Assembly (NCBI GenBank): GCA_964016885.1
Contig: OZ024744.1
Coordinates: forward strand, 125,240,001-125,304,000
DNA: 64,000 bases
Source: Eledone cirrhosa
Lineage: Eukaryota
Reading direction: 5' to 3'
The position numbers and the translations under genes were made by a program. Position 1 is the first letter of the stretch; each line of letters begins with the position of its first letter. The notes beneath the pieces are model-generated. The model saw only the letters and a list, made by a program, of their open reading frames with translations, did no database searches and had not been told where the DNA came from. This document shows, piece by piece, positions 51,546-64,000 of this stretch.

Positions 51546-52415
51546 CTTACCCTAACCCCAACCTCTTTGGTTTTCGTTTTCTCGACGGCTAGCCGCATTT
51601 CGTGATCCGCCTTTCGATTGCGCTTCCGTCGCGGCAAAAGAATTGCCTTTCCAGACCGCCGTCGCCCGACCGGACCCATGATAGAAGACGTTCGTTACCG
51701 TTGGAGCAACGCAAATTACTCCTCGGTTGACGCCAAAAACGAACGCCTTCCCGCCTCGCGCCGCCTTCTCCTCGCCGACCCTCGGCCTCGACGATTAGCC
51801 ACTTTCCGTCACAGCAGTAGATACGCGTCCGTCGTAATAGCCGTCATTTTAACGCAGGAGAAACGCCTAATTGCCCTGCACCGCGTTTGACGGCGATCTA
51901 CGACGGCGACGATGCGCGCACTCTTCCTTGCTGCGACGAAGGTTTCGGCTTTTCGTCGTGGACCCGGTCAGGTCATGCCGCTGACCTCGCGTTACGGCGA
52001 CGCGAGAAGACGTTCGTTACCGCTGGAGCAACGCAAATTACTCCTCGGTTGACGCCAAAAACGAACGCCTCGCGCCGCCGCTTCCTCCTCGGCCTCGACG
52101 ATTAGCCGCTTTCCGTCACAGCAGTAGATACGCGTCCATCGTAATAGCCGTCATTTTAACGCAGGAGAAACGCCTTGACGACGATATACGACGGGTCGAC
52201 GACGCGCGCACTCTTTCTGCTGCGACGAAGGTTTTGGCTTTTCGTTGTGGACCCGGTCGGGTCATGCCTCTGACCTCGCGTTGCGTCGCCACCGCCGCGG
52301 CGGGCTTGGGTTTAGCCGTAGCTACCCTCGTTTTGCCAACGGCGACGCGAGAAGACGTTCGTTACCGCTGGAGCAACGCAAATTACTCCTCGGATGAGGC
52401 CAAAAACGAACGCTG
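51546..52415 (+). repeat. Diverged paralog of the 172-bp repeat and ETS-like leader, without 18S
   Basis: A short CCCTAA/CCCCAA run, one 172-type unit in which TTTATAGG is replaced by TTTCCAGA, then two diverged copies of the 6700-7030 leader. Confidence 0.88.
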
Positions 52416-52492
52416 AAGAGATATTGTCCATGGATATCGGGAATTTTACCCGCCCTAGATAGATAGATAGATAGGGATGTATGTATGTATGT

Positions 52493-52534
<42 letters not shown>

Positions 52535-52913
52535 GTATGTATCTTTCTCATTCTCTCTGTATGTATGTATGTATGTATATATATATAATTATATATTTAT
52601 AGACATCCTGAAAGCTTTTTAAATGTCTGAGAGATTGGCTAAATATGTTTTGCAGGTATGACCAGTAAGAGAGAGGTAAGTTATTTCAAAACAATTCTTT
52701 GACCATTATTTTAAGGTACTATCTCAGTGTATTTTTAAATTGACCTCTTGATAGGATGAAATGACCTGTATAATTTTTTTCATATTTAGATGGAATAGAA
52801 GAAAAACAAGAAAAATGAAATGAATTCAAACAGAAAATATACACCAATGCCAATGGAGGTATGATTTCAGTTTAATCTTAACCTAATGACCACTTTACAG
52901 AGTGTACTGGATA

Positions 52914-52994
<81 letters not shown>

Positions 52995-55900
52995 AGGAAG
53001 CTCCAACCGTTAAGGTTGTCTTTCCATTTATTAATATATTGTGTATTTACTCCACTAAACTGTTGAGTGCTTTATATCAGTTATAAAAAAATTTCAGCTT
53101 GTTGAATCCCAAAATAGTTGTTGAAACAGCCACAGCTCAGCCGTCGGGGTCCTGAATATTTATCATATATATATACGTATGAGTGTGTGTGTTTTGAGAA
53201 TTAATAATTATATAAACAAGTTTGTAATGAACAATTTATTTCTTATCAAAACTGTATAAACATGATATTATTTACAGTAAGAATAACAATAATAATGATG
53301 GTTTCTAGTAAAGGTGGAAGGCCAGTAATTTGGGGGAGGGGAAAGTTGATTAAATCGAAGAGAGAAAGAAAGAAAAAACAGAACGGGAAGGAGAGGGGAT
53401 GGCAAGAGGTCCGGTGTCGCAGGAGAGAGGGGAGGGTGGTTGAGCTTTGAGTCTAGGGCAAGAGGGCAGAAATGCTGCGCCCCACGGATAAGACGGCAAA
53501 AATATTCTCGCGGACGATGGCCAGAGATACCCAATGCAACAACCACCCAACCTCGCGGTGTTCCCTCCTCAGATGGGCTGCTGACTCTCCGATCTTTTGG
53601 AGGAGCTCGGCAGTACAAGGTCCAAGTACTCCTGGGGTCTCGACGTTGACTGGTGCAGAGAGGAAGTGGCCGGACAATCCTCGGTATTTGTTTATTTTAC
53701 GTTCTTCTGCGAGGTGGGCTGCGATGCCGGGGTTTGTGACCGAAACGACTTGGAAACGAAGTTGTAGGCGGAGATTGTGTCGTAGCTGGTGGTGTCCCAG
53801 ATGAGGGACCTACGTCCTTCGAATGGGAAGAGAGTGATTCCGTCGGGGCGCTTGCCATCTCCGGGACCTGTTGGCCCCAGTTGTGATGGGAAGCCAGCTG
53901 CGTCCAGGCTTCTTCTCAATATGTCGTTGACAACGACGTGTATCTATTCAATAATTATTTGAATATTGAAATTTTAGGTTTAACTACCTTTTAAACCAAA
54001 TACATTAAGAAAGGCATGACCAACACCACATCATTTTTATTTCTATTTTGAAAGTAGGTTTATAAGTATTAAATTTCAGTAGATTCTTATATCCTTCATG
54101 GTGGTCTGGTGGGAGATACGAGAGATGGTGGAGGTTCTGGTCTGGGGTTCAATCCTGCTCAGGAGATACTCTAAGGGGGTTCATACTAAACTTCTTCAGT
54201 GTTTCTTATCTCTAGAGACAAATATATATACATAAGGTAATCTGGTAAAGTTGTTAGAACATCACATAGAATTCTTTGTAGTATTTTTTCCAGTTCTTCA
54301 ATCTGAGTTCAACTTTACTTTTCTTCCATTCGGGGTTGATAATAACGTACCAGTCAAATACTAGGGGTTAATTCTTCCTCTATATCTCTTTCTCACTCTC
54401 TGTCTGTTTTATTAAGACCTGGAGAGGTGATGTACTCTACCAGGTTTTATAATGAGTGATGGGGTCATACCTGCCTGCTACACCTCTGTGTACTAAGTGT
54501 AGCATATTATATCCTTGTTCAGGGCCTTCCTGACATTACTGTGTACTAAGGGTAGCATTTTATATCCTTGTTTAGGGCCATCTTAACATTGCTGTGTACT
54601 AAGTGTAGCATATTATATCCTTGTTCGGGGCCTTCCTGACATTAGTGTGTACTGAGTGTAGATTTTAACATCCTTGTTCTGGGCCTTCCTAACATTACTG
54701 TGTACTGAGTGTAGATTTTAACATCTTTGTTCAGGGCCTTCCTAACATTGCTGTGTACTAGGTGTAGCATATTATATCCTTGTTCAGGGCCCTCCTGACA
54801 TTACTGTCTACTAAGTGTAGATTTTGATATCCTTGTTCAGGGCCATCCTAACATTACTGTGTACTAAGAGTAGCATTATATATCCTTGTTCAGGGCCTTC
54901 CTAACATTACTGTGTACTAAATGTAGATTTGAATATCCTTGTTCAGAGCCTTCCTTACATTACTGTGTACTAAGTGTAGCATTTCATATACTTGTTCTGG
55001 GCCTTCCTAACGTTACTGTGGAAATAGTAGTTTATATCCAATATGTAATATAGATATGGATTCTACAGGACTAAAACTCATTAATATGAGGGGTATTAGT
55101 AGATTATATGCCATATTTAATAGAGAAATGGCTTCTACAAGACTAAAACTCATTAATATGAGGGGTATTACAGTTTATATGCCATATTTAATACAGAAAT
55201 GGCTTCTAAAGGACTAGAACTCTTTAAATTGAATAAAATAGTAGTATATATCCTATGTTTAATACAGAAATGCCTTCTAAAGGACTCATTAATATGAGGG
55301 TATTAGTAGATTATATAACATATTTAATACAGAAATGGCTTTTAAATTCAGGGACTCGTTAATTTGATGGAAATAGTAGTGTCTATGCAATATTTAATAC
55401 AGAAATAGCTTCTACAGGACTAAAACTAATTAATATGAGGGGTATTAGTAGTATATGTGCCATATTTAATACAGAGATGGCTTCTAAATGGAGGTATCTC
55501 ATTAATTCGATTGAAATGGTAGTGTATATGCAATATTTAATACAGAAATAGCTTCTACAAGAATAAAACTCATTAATATGAAGGTTATTATTACATTATA
55601 TGCCATATTTAATACAGAAATCGGTTCTAAAGGACTAGAACTCTTTAATTCAAATCAAATAGTAGTATAAAGCAATATTTACTACAGAAATGGCTTCTAC
55701 AAGACTAAAAATCCTTAATATGAGGGGTATTGTTAGATTATATACCATATTTAATACAGAAATGGCTTCTAAATGAAGAAATCTCTTTAATTCGATAGTA
55801 ATAGTAATAATAATAATAGTAATAGTAATAATACAGCCAATTTTCCACGCAATACTTTTAGTTAGCACCCCGAACGCATAATTGGGAATATAATCACTTA

Positions 55901-56453
55901 TTTCCTAATGTTTGTTGAGTGAGTTGGGAAAAAAAACTTGGGAAATATATTTTCAGGGTCTCAAAATCTTAAAGAGAAAAAAAAGTCCTGTGGAAGGTAG
56001 CAAAACAATTAGGAAGAAAATGGTTTGAAGTTGGTTGGTGAGTATAAGATTACAGTATCTTGTTGATTTCTATAAAGTTTACTTTTAACTGAATTGGTAA
56101 AAATGGATAAATTAGAAGACACAATATAATAACTAATATTGTCTTCTAAAACAGGGAATAAAAATATGTTGGTGTATTGGGGGGGGGGGGGGGGTAAACA
56201 TGTGAGTTAATGGGAATGTTTTTGTTTGTTTTTATTGAAACATATTCAATCTACAGATAGGTTGTTATAGTTATTTAGTCTCGGGTCTGCCATTATCTGC
56301 AGATTTATAATTGAGGGGTGTTCCAGGTGTGACCACCCTACATTATTCCTAGAGATTGTTACTCCTTCATTCTTCAGTCATCTTGGTCTTCTTATGAGAT
56401 GGTGGTGTAGTCTTATTTATTGTTAAGGTTATGGTCTTCCTTTGTCCACACTC

Positions 56454-56491
<38 letters not shown>

Positions 56492-58547
56492 AAAGGCTTC
56501 CTTCTCTGGAAAAAGATGATTTAATATTCACAACCATCTGTCTAATTGTTTTCTGATGAGAATAAAGTTAATCTTGCTTGTATGTCTACCTGATCAAATG
56601 ACTGGCTGATATCTTGAAGTCATTTACACCACAGAACTGTAGGAGTCTTGATCCCTCAAGCCATACCTCTAGCCATCATGTACTCCAAAAGAGTCTCACC
56701 TTGGTGCTACTCAACATGTCCATTAAATTTAGCAGCAAGGATGCCCTCTTCTTAGTGAGAGACAACTACAAGAGAGGTTCTTAGAGAAGAATAAGCCACT
56801 ATAGTTAACTTTTGTTGACATAGAGAACCCCGATCTGTCATCTGGTGGTCCTTAAGGAAACTAGGTGTAGGGGAATGGCTTGTGAGGACAGTGCAAGCTA
56901 TGTACAAGGGTGCTGTCAGTAAAGTGAGAGGAGGAATTCCAGAAACAAAGTAGGTGTACATCAGGGTTCGGTCCTCAGTCCGCTCTTGTTCATTATAGTC
57001 CTCCCTCCCTCCCTCCCTCCCTCCCTCCAAGCCATAACAGAGGAGGAGTAGTTTAAGACTGGATGCCCATGGGAACTTCTCTATGCTGACGATCTGGTTC
57101 TTATAGCAGAATCAGTAGAGGAGCTAGCTAGAGAATAAATTCTGGCTATGGAAACAGCAGTAGTTGGAATCAAGAAGACTGAGAGTGAACCTAGCTAAGA
57201 CAAAAGTGTTTATAAGTAGAAGAGAGGACAAAACTCTGATTCTGTCAGGGAAATGGCCATGTTCGATATGTAGGAAAGGAGTTGGCATAAATTCTATGAA
57301 ATGTAGTACGCAATGCAGATCTTGGCTACACAAGAGATGTAGTGGGATAGCAGGAAAACTGACTGACAGGTAGGGAGAAATACGTATGCAGTAGATGTAC
57401 AGGGAAATTTGACAGAGATTGCAGTGATAGACACATTTTTCAAATGCAGGTGGGATCTATAGAGGGAGTTGATAGCTTCTGATACCTAGGTGATCAGATT
57501 AGTAAGGGAGGAGGGTGATATAAAATATATTGTTATCATGACTGTCTTTATTATTTAAATTACCTCTGTCTATTTACAGATTTTACAGAGTGTACTGGGT
57601 GCTTTTATGATGGGAGCAGCAACTCTATACGATTTTACAGAGTGTACTTGGTGCTTTTATCATGGCACATGGCAGCAGCAGAAGCAGCAACTACGATTTT
57701 ACAGAGTGTACTTGGTGCTTTTTACTCTGACATCAGCACTGAGGAAGTTGTCATATTTTCAGCTAAATTAATGAGTAGAAAAACCAAGTTTCTGCTACAA
57801 AAAATTCTCAGATTCAAGGGAGACATTCAGTTTAAGTATGGTATACTGTCACTAAGGCAGCAAATTGGCAGAGTCGCTAGAATATCAGATAGCATTCTTT
57901 ACATTATTTGTTTCAGCTCTCTGTTCTCTCAATTCAAATCCTGCTCAGGTCAACTTTGCCTTTCATCCATACAAAATAGATTAATAAAAGTACCAGTGTA
58001 TTACTGGGGTCAATTCTTCTTCTAACTCTTCTGCACTTCCATTCTCTCACTCTCTCTCTCTCTCTCTCTCTCTCTATGCTTCTTTAGAACACATCTGCTG
58101 TATTCAGACCTGGAGCGGAGATGGGCTCCACCAAGTTTTAAAAATTGCCCTTTAAGCGCTGTATGTCAATATGGTGCCCCTATGATTCCCTCCCTCAGGA
58201 GTTATGGGACCATAGATACTGTCAATTGTAAAGAATAACAGAGATATTCAGTGCTAGTGTGGTGTTCTGTCAGTTGTGGAGATTGATGAATCTAAACAGA
58301 AATATCAACAGCACTTTTCATTTCTGAGTAACACATTTGTTACCAAGTGCTGCATGGCTGGAATGAAAATCAGTGCTGTGAAAACCAAGACATTCATCCT
58401 CTCAAGGAAGCTTGTGCAGTGCACTCTACATGTAAATGGAGTCCCACTGAAGCAGGTAGAAAAGTTCATGTATCTCGAAGCTGTGTTCACGAGTGATGAC
58501 AGAGACGGCAAAGGCACAACACACAACAGAAGAAAAGAACAATGACA

Positions 58548-58580
<33 letters not shown>

Positions 58581-58643
58581 TGTTTTATTAGTTTTATTAT
58601 AATAAAAATTGTGCTGTTAGTTTGCTTGCTATACCATCATGTA

Positions 58644-58736
58644 CCCTAACCCTAAACCTAACCCCAACTCCAACTCTGACCCTAAACCTAACCCCAACCC
58701 CAACCCCAACCCTAACCCTAACCCTAACCCTAACCC
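58644..58736 (-). repeat. Interstitial telomere-like repeat
   Basis: Copy of 5581-5667, one hexamer longer. Confidence 0.85.
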
Positions 58737-60004
58737 ACGATAGAAGACGTTCGTTACCGCTGGAGCAACGCAAATTACTCCTCGGTTGACGCCAAAAACG
58801 AACGCCTTCTCGACGGCTAGCCGCATTTCGTGATCCGCCTTTCGATTGCGCTTCCGTCGCGGAAAAAGAATTGCCTTTATAGGCCGCCGCCGCCGCCCGA
58901 CCGGACCCACGATAGAAGACGTTCGTTACCGCTGGAGCAACGCAAATTACTCCTCGGTTGACGCCAAAAACGAACGCCTTCTCGACGGCTAGCCGCATTT
59001 CGTGATCCGCCTTTCGATTGCGCTTCCGTCGCGGAAAAAGAATTGCCTTTATAGGCCGCCGCCGCCCGACCGGACCCACGATAGAAGACGTTCGTTACCG
59101 CTGGAGCAACGCAAATTACTCCTCGGTTGACGCCAAAAACGAACGCCTTCTCGACGGCTAGCCGCATTTCGTGATCCGCCTTTCGATTGCGCTTCCGTCG
59201 CGGAAAAAGAATTGCCTTTATAGGCCGCCGCCGCCGCCCGACCGGACCCACGATAGAAGACGTTCGTTACCGCTGGAGCAACGCAAATTACTCCTCGGTT
59301 GACGCCAAAAACGAACGCCTTCTCGACGGCTAGCCGCATTTCGTGATCCGCCTTTCGATTGCGCTTCCGTCGCGGAAAAAGAATTGCCTTTATAGGCCGC
59401 CGCCGCCGCCCGACCGGACCCACGATAGAAGACGTTCGTTACCGCTGGAGCAACGCAAATTACTCCTCGGTTGACGCCAAAAACGAACGCCTTCTCGACG
59501 GCTAGCCGCATTTCGTGATCCGCCTTTCGATTGCGCTTCCGTCGCGGAAAAAGAATTGCCTTTATACGCCGCCGCCCGACCGGACCCACGATAGAAGACG
59601 TTCGTTACCGCTGGAGCAACGCAAATTACTCCTCGGTTGACGCCAAAAACGAACGCCTTCTCGACGGCTAGCCGCATTTCGTGATCCGCCTTTCGATTGC
59701 GCTTCCGTCGCGGAAAAAGAATTGCCTTTATAGGCCGCCGCCGCCGCCCGACCGGACCCACGATAGAAGACGTTCGTTACCGCTGGAGCAACGCAAATTA
59801 CTCCTCGGTTGACGCCAAAAACGAACGCCTTCTCGACGGCTAGCCGCATTTCGTGATCCGCCTTTCGATTGCGCTTCCGTCGCGGAAAAAGAATTGCCTT
59901 TATAGGCCGCCGCCGCCGCCCGACCGGACCCACGATAGAAGACGTTCGTTACCGCTGGAGCAACGCAAATTACTCCTCGGTTGACGCCAAAAACGAACGC
60001 CTTC
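58737..60004 (+). repeat. 172-bp array (7 units plus a partial)
   Basis: Units at 58737, 58909, 59078, 59250, 59422, 59588, 59760 and 59932. Confidence 0.9.
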
Positions 60005-60361
60005 CGGTTCGGGCGACGTAAAAGTCTGTAGCCTTTTCGCCGATCCTCGACGATTATCCGCCTTCCGAACAACCGCCTTTCCGCCGTCACAGCAGTAGGT
60101 ACTCGTCCGTCGTAATAGCCGTCATTTTAATGCAGGAGAAACGCCTAAATGCACTGCGATTGACGACGATCTACGACGCGCTTACTCTTCCTTGCTGCGA
60201 CGAAGGTTTCGTTCGGCTTTTCGTCGTGGACCCGGTCAGGTCATGCCGCTGATCTCGCGTTGCGTCGTTACCGCTGGAGCAACGCAAATTACTCCTCGTT
60301 TAACGCCAACATCGAACGCGCTTCGGTTCTCGGTCGTCGTTGTTTTGTTTCGTGCGGAAGA

Positions 60362-60545
60362 TACCTGGGTGATCCTGCCAGTAGTCATATGCTTGTCTCA
60401 AAGCTTAAGCCATGCAAGTGGAAGTTCATGCCGTAAACGAAAATGGTGAAACCGCGAATGGCTCAGGAACCGGATCTAATCCTCGGGACCGTATTCCTCA
60501 CCGCGAGGAGAGGATAACTGTGGCAATTCTAGAGCTAATACATGC
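60362..60545 (+). pseudogene. 18S rRNA 5' fragment
   Basis: Matches 7127-7310. Confidence 0.93.
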
Positions 60546-60552
60546 AATTGAG

Positions 60553-63365
60553 ATCGGAGAGGGAGCGATCCGTCTGCTTGATTCCGATAACGAACGAGAC
60601 ATTCATATCCGAAAGAACGTTTGTCTGGAAACTGGTGAGTCAGTGAGTCGAAAAAAAAATATCTCGGTGGTAGTAGCAAATATTCGAACGAGACATTCGT
60701 ATGCGAAAGAACGTTTGTCGGTGGTAGTAGCAAATATTCGAACGAGACATTCGTATGCGAAAGAACGTTTGTCTGGAAGTGGCGATCCATGCCCGGTGGA
60801 TAGTTGGTTCCGGGTTTTACTATGATTGTTGCAAAACAGAAACTTAAAGGGATTGACAGAATTTGCGATTCCGGAGAGAGGGCGATCCGTCTGCTTGATT
60901 CCGATAACGAACGAGACATTCGTATCCGAAAGAACGTTTGTCTGGAAACTGGTGAGTCAGTGAGTCGAAAAAAAAATATCTCGGTGGTAGTAGCAAATAT
61001 TCGTATGCGAAAGAAAAGATCTCGGTGGTAGTAGCAAATATTCGAACGAGACATTCGTAGGCGAAAGAAAAATATCTCGGTGGTAGTAGCAAATATTCGA
61101 ACGAGACATTCGTATGCGAAAGAACGTTTGTCGGTGGTAGTAGCAAATATTCGAACGAGACATTCGTATGCGAAAGAACGTTTGTCGGTGGTAGTAGCAA
61201 ATATTCGAACGAGACATTCGTATGCGAAAGAACGTTTGTCTGGAAGTGGCGATCCATGCCCGGTGGATAGTTGGTTCCGGGTTTTACTATGATTGTTGCA
61301 AAACAAAAACTTAAAGGGATTGACAGAATTTGCGATTCCGGAGAGAGGGCGATCCGTCTGCTTGATTCCGATAACGAACGAGACATTCGTATCCGAAAGA
61401 ACGTTTGTCTGGAAACTGGTGAGTCAGTGAGTCGAAAAAAAAATATCTCGGTGGTAGTAGCAAATATTCGAACGAGACATTCGTATGCGAAAGAACGTTT
61501 GTCGGTGGTAGTAGCAAATATTCGAACGAGACATTCGTATGCGAAAGAACGTTTGTCTGGAAGTGGCGATCCATGCCCGGTGGATAGTTGGTTCCGGGTT
61601 TTACTATGATTGTTGCAAAACAGAAACTTAAAGGGATTGACAGAATTTGCGATTCCGGAGAGGGGGCGATCCGTCTGCTTGATTCCGATAACGAACGAGA
61701 CATTCGTATCCGAAAGAACGTTTGTCTGGAAACTGGTGAGTCGAAAAAAAAAATATCTCGGTGGTAGTAGCAAATATTCGTATGCGAAAGAAAAGATCTC
61801 GGTGGTAGTAGCAAATATTCGAACGAGACATTCGTAGGCGAAAGAAAAATATCTCGGTGGTAGTAGCAAATATTCGAACGAGACATTCGTATGCGAAAGA
61901 ACGTTTGTCGGTGGTAGTAGCAAATATTCGAACGAGACATTCGTATGCGAAAGAACGTTTGTCGGTGGTAGTAGCAAATATTCGAACGAGACATTCGTAT
62001 GCGAAAGAACGTTTGTCTGGAAGTGGCGATCCATGCCCGGTGGATAGTTGGTTCCGGGTTTTACTATGATTGTTGCAAAACAGAAACTTAAAGGGATTGA
62101 CAGAATTTGCCATTCCGGAGAGGGGGCGATCCGTCTGCTTGATTCCGATAACGAACGAGACATTCGTATCCGAAAGAACGTTTGTCTGGAAACTGGTGAG
62201 TCAGTGAGTCGAAAAAAAAATATCTCGGTGGTAGTAGCAAATATTCGAACGAGACATTCGTATTCGAAAGAACGTTTGTCTGGAAGTTGCGATCCATGCC
62301 CGGTGGATAGTTGGTTCCGGGCTTTACTATGATTGTTGCAAAACAGAAACTTAAAGGGATTGACAGAATTTGCGATTCCGGAGAGGGGGCGATCCGTCTG
62401 CTTGATTTCGATAACGAACGAGACATTCGTATCCGAAAGAACGTTTGTCTGGAAACTGGTGAGTCAGTGAGTCGAAAAAAAAAATATCTCGGTGGTAGTA
62501 GCAAATATTCGAACGAGACATTCGTATGCGAAAGAACGTTTGTCGGTGGTAGTAGCAAATATTCGAACGAGACATTCGTATGCGAAAGAACGTTTGTCGG
62601 TGGTAGTAGCAAATATTCGAACGAGACATTCGTATGCGAAAGAACGTTTGTCTGGAAGTGGCGATCCATGCCCGGTGGATAGTTGGTTCCGGGTTTTACT
62701 ATGATTGTTGCAAAACAGAAACTTAAAGGGATTGACAGAATTTGCGATTCCAGAGAGAGGGCGATCCGTCTGCTTGATTCCGATAACGAACGAGACATTC
62801 GTATCCGAAAGAACGTTTGTCTGGAAACTGGTGAGTCAGTGAGTCGAAAAAAAAATATCTCGGTGGTAGTAGCAAATATTCGAACGAGACATTCGTATGC
62901 GAAAGAACGTTTGTCTGGAAGTGGCGATCCATGCTCGGTGGATAGTTGGTTCCGGGTTTTACTATGATTGTTGCAAAACAGAAACTTAAAGGGATTGACA
63001 GAATTTGCGATTCCGGAGAGGGGGCGATCCGTCTGCTTGATTCCGATAACGAACGAGACATTCGTATCCGAAAGAACGTTTGTCTGGAAACTGGTGAGTC
63101 AGTGAGTCGAAAAAAAAATATCTCGGTGGTAGTAGCAAATATTCGTATGCGAAAGAAAAGATCTCGGTGGTAGTAGCAAATATTCGAACGAGACATTCGT
63201 ATGCGAAAGAAAAATATCTCGGTGGTAGTAGCAAATATTCGAACGAGACATTCGTATTCGAAAGAACGTTTGTCTGGAAGTTGCGATCCATGCCCGGTGG
63301 ATAGTTGGTTCCGGGCTTTACTATGATTGTTGCAAAACAGAAACTTAAAGGAATTGACAGAATTT
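60553..63365 (+). repeat. rRNA-derived chimeric satellite, ~8 units
   Basis: Same units as 7318-14550. Anchors at 60804, 61271, 61588, 62048, 62311, 62683, 62946 and 63305. Confidence 0.92.
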
Positions 63366-63389
63366 TCGAATCGACATCAACTCGGCTAC

Positions 63390-63745
63390 GGCTATCCCGT
63401 CGAGTACGAGAGTATCGCGGGATCAGAGCAACGGTTTGCTAGGCTGCCTCTGAGCGATAACGGCTGAACGCCTCCTCTAAGCCGGAACCCTAGCCGGACC
63501 CGAGTTGTTTTTCGACAAGCGTCTCGACCTTCTTAAGGCCCATGCCTTAGTTTGGCGATTGCCGTCCGTTCGCCGACGGCGGCAGCGTCAGCGGAAATGC
63601 CATTCTGTGACGACTACGACGATTCGTCGTCGTCGTCGTCCATTCGATTTCCTGAAAGAGATAGAGACTAAAGTGATCAAATTGTTCGGAGTTACGTGCT
63701 TAGTAGAGCAGCTACCACACTGCAATCTATTGAGAGTTTTCTGAC
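63390..63745 (+). pseudogene. 28S rRNA 3' fragment
   Basis: Matches 14575-14930. Confidence 0.8.
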
Positions 63746-64000
63746 GAACGATACAATCCGCCCACGTGGCGCCAGAAAGGGAGAAGAAAAGAAAAGTTAG
63801 ACGCCGCCGATCGATCGGTTCGTTGTTTTACGTGTACACAGCTTGTGTGTGTGTCTGTATGTGATACAAGCCGCCTATCCGTCTTCCAAGTAAGTTTTGT
63901 GTGTAGACTGCGGAAAGAAATCCAATCCGCCGTCTAGGCGGTTCTGCCGCCGACCCATACTTTTGCGAGTCGCTCCCGGGAAAGACAGGCGGCAAGACGG

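Larger units (their letters stand above)
53078..64000. repeat. Copy 2 of the large direct repeat (runs off the window)
   Basis: Matches 1-15185 and carries the same CRE, minisatellite, RTE and SINE pieces. Confidence 0.97.

Overview
Eukaryotic, repeat-dominated DNA with no recognisable host protein-coding gene. The SINE type, RTE/CR1 LINEs and AT/CA microsatellites suggest an octopus-like mollusc, which is an inference. Positions 1-15185 recur almost identically at 53078-64000, about 53 kb apart. Each copy holds a collapsed rDNA-like unit in this order: telomere-like (CCCTAA)n, 172-bp TATAGG-bearing spacer repeats, an ETS-like leader, a recognisable 18S 5' end, a variable-copy satellite stitched from short conserved 18S and 28S motifs, then the 28S sarcin-ricin-loop region and 28S 3' end. 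Between the copies lie a nested-palindrome satellite (1388 + n x 196 bp units), several segmental duplications and many decayed RTE, CRE and Dong LINE pieces, SINEs and MITEs. There is also a CR1-type LINE with an intact ORF2 behind a -1 slippery site, and a Dong/R4 insertion with twin-priming geometry next to its empty-site paralog. Homology calls come from recalled consensus motifs, not database searches.
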